This document shows positions 36,809 through 38,054 of a stretch of 38,054 nt of DNA, piece by piece. The DNA lies in sequence record SRR22947725_1700. One strand, written 5' to 3'. The notes below the pieces were generated by a model, which searched no databases, was not told where the DNA came from, and saw only the letters and a list, made by a program, of their open reading frames with translations. A program made the translations under genes and the position numbers. Each line of letters begins with the position of its first letter. Position 1 is the stretch's first letter.

Positions 36809-37579
36809 TCACACGGAAGCTGCAATTGCCTTCTCCTGAAGTGTGATCAATTCTTTGATTCCCTTGCTGCCAAGCGCCAGCAACTCTGTAAGCTCGCCAT
36901 GGTGGAAAGTTCCTTTTTCACCTGTGCCCTGAAGCTCTATGTATTCGTCCTTGTCAGTCATCACAAGATTCATATCGACCTCGGCATTGACATCCTCTTC
37001 GTAATTCAGATCCAGCAGTGGAACGCCATCTACAACCCCCATGCTGACGGCAGCAACACCATTCACGATAGGGCTTGTTTTGAGAAGTTTCTTATCGAGT
37101 AATGTCTGAATTGCGAGGGATAATGCGACGAACCCACCAGTAATCGAAGCAGTGCGTGTACCTCCGTCGGCTTGAAGGACATCACAATCAACCCAGATAG
37201 TTCTGGGCCCCAACTTATTGAGGTCGACAGCTGCACGAATGGCTCGTCCGATCAATCGCTGGATTTCCTGGGATCGGCCATCAATGCGCCCTCTGGTAGC
37301 GTCCCTTTGTTTTCGGCTGTGGGTAGAGTAGGGAAGCATGGAGTATTCCGCAGTGATCCAGCCACCTTCCTTTTTCTGTTCTTTCATCCAGCGAGGGACT
37401 TTTTCTTCGATGGTGACACCGCAAACAACTCGCGTGTTTCCCCATTCAATGAGCGTGGAGCCCGTTGCGTGGGGTGCGATATTATTTTTAAATTGAATGC
37501 CACGAAGCTGATCTGGTAACCGGTCTTCGGAGCGCTTTGGTAGAGGTCTTGAGCTGCTATTTGCATTGATATCTGACAT
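36809..37579 (-). CDS. rph: Ribonuclease PH
   Basis: GWITAEYSMLP, GRSQEIQRLIGR, DCDVLQADGGTRTASITG and DLNYEED. Confidence 0.97.
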   Translation of the reverse strand: MSDINANSSSRPLPKRSEDRLPDQLRGIQFKNNIAPHATGSTLIEWGNTRVVCGVTIEEKVPRWMKEQKKEGGWITAEYSMLPYSTHSRKQRDATRGRIDGRSQEIQRLIGRAIRAAVDLNKLGPRTIWVDCDVLQADGGTRTASITGGFVALSLAIQTLLDKKLLKTSPIVNGVAAVSMGVVDGVPLLDLNYEEDVNAEVDMNLVMTDKDEYIELQGTGEKGTFHHGELTELLALGSKGIKELITLQEKAIAASV

Positions 37580-37776
37580 AATGCGCGATCGTGCCAAAGG
37601 TATTGGTGCAAAGCAAACGGAATGCGCTCATTTTTTCAAAAGGTTGAATCTTGATGCTTAAAAGGGCGTTTTTCGAATTTCATCAGAGTGACAGCAGAGA
37701 ACTCCTCAATGAAACAATCAAGGGGGTTTTTGCGGCGTTTGAGTAAACTTCTGGCATCAATGGCTCCAAGCTCGAA

Positions 37777-37807
37777 TTGACAAGCAATTAGGTTTCAGTC
37801 ATAAACT
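37777..37807 (+). promoter_or_regulatory. Possible sigma70-type promoter for asd
   Basis: An exact TTGACA at 37777-37782 and TAAACT at 37802-37807, 20 bp before the ATG. The 19-bp spacer is longer than optimal. Confidence 0.35.
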
Positions 37808-37827
37808 TGCCGCCTTTATTAGATAAT

Positions 37828-38054
37828 ATGAATCAAAATCCTCACGTGGCCATTGTAGGCGCTTCAGGTGCCGTAGGTGTCGAAATGATCAAAACCTTGG
37901 AGCGTCGATCCTTTCCGATTGGCAAACTGACTCTTCTTGCCTCGAAACGTTCGGCCGGCAAAACATTGAAATACAGGGGCAGTGAAATTGCGATTCAAGA
38001 ATTGACGGAATCGGCATTCGAAAATGTGGACATCGCCTTATTCAGTGCCGGTGG
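37828..38054 (+). CDS. asd: Aspartate-semialdehyde dehydrogenase, 3'-truncated by the window edge (absent from the ORF track)
   Basis: Manual translation gives MNQNPHVAIVGASGAVGVEMIKTLERRSFPIGKLTLLASKRSAGKTLKYRG...DIALFSAG. Confidence 0.95.
   Translation, partial: MNQNPHVAIVGASGAVGVEMIKTLERRSFPIGKLTLLASKRSAGKTLKYRGSEIAIQELTESAFENVDIALFSAG

Noticed and set aside
191-37611. Many short alternative-frame and antisense ORFs (60-170 aa) in the ORF track
   Set aside because: They lie within or across longer genes that have clear family motifs, and show no recognisable motifs themselves.
37598-37827. Intergenic region between rph and asd as a tRNA or riboswitch
   Set aside because: I saw no cloverleaf, T-loop or recognisable riboswitch motif. 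It is consistent with a divergent promoter region.
1-38054. CRISPR array, prophage or defence system
   Set aside because: I recognised no regularly spaced direct repeats and no cas, integrase, phage structural or restriction-modification genes.

Overview
This 38 kb window reads as ordinary chromosome from a PVC-superphylum bacterium, most likely Verrucomicrobiota. That assignment is inferred from gene content: a PSCyt1/DUF1549/DUF1553 gene next to DUF1501, two PVC-type heme-binding dehydrogenase-like genes, a tandem DUF1080 gene and a sulfatase. It holds about 26 genes, including housekeeping pyrF, zwf, pgl, prmA, rph and a 3'-truncated asd, plus one decayed IS5-family remnant. I saw no rRNA, tRNA, CRISPR array or prophage. 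The most striking element is a porin-cytochrome pair at 9508-12722 (- strand). A shortened MtrA/DmsE-like cytochrome (7 CxxCH plus 1 CX4CH, possibly a lipoprotein) is followed by an MtrB/PioB-like beta-barrel carrying an N-terminal planctomycete-type monoheme cytochrome c domain. No MtrC-like partner is nearby. Other points of interest are a coupled PlsC-like plus FeeM/LuxI-like acyltransferase pair (candidate aminolipid pathway), a sulfatase-SGNH esterase fusion, a nuclease-fold protein with a degenerate active site, and a perfect 16-bp palindrome upstream of a GH144-like glucanase. All family calls come from motif recognition by eye; no database search was run.
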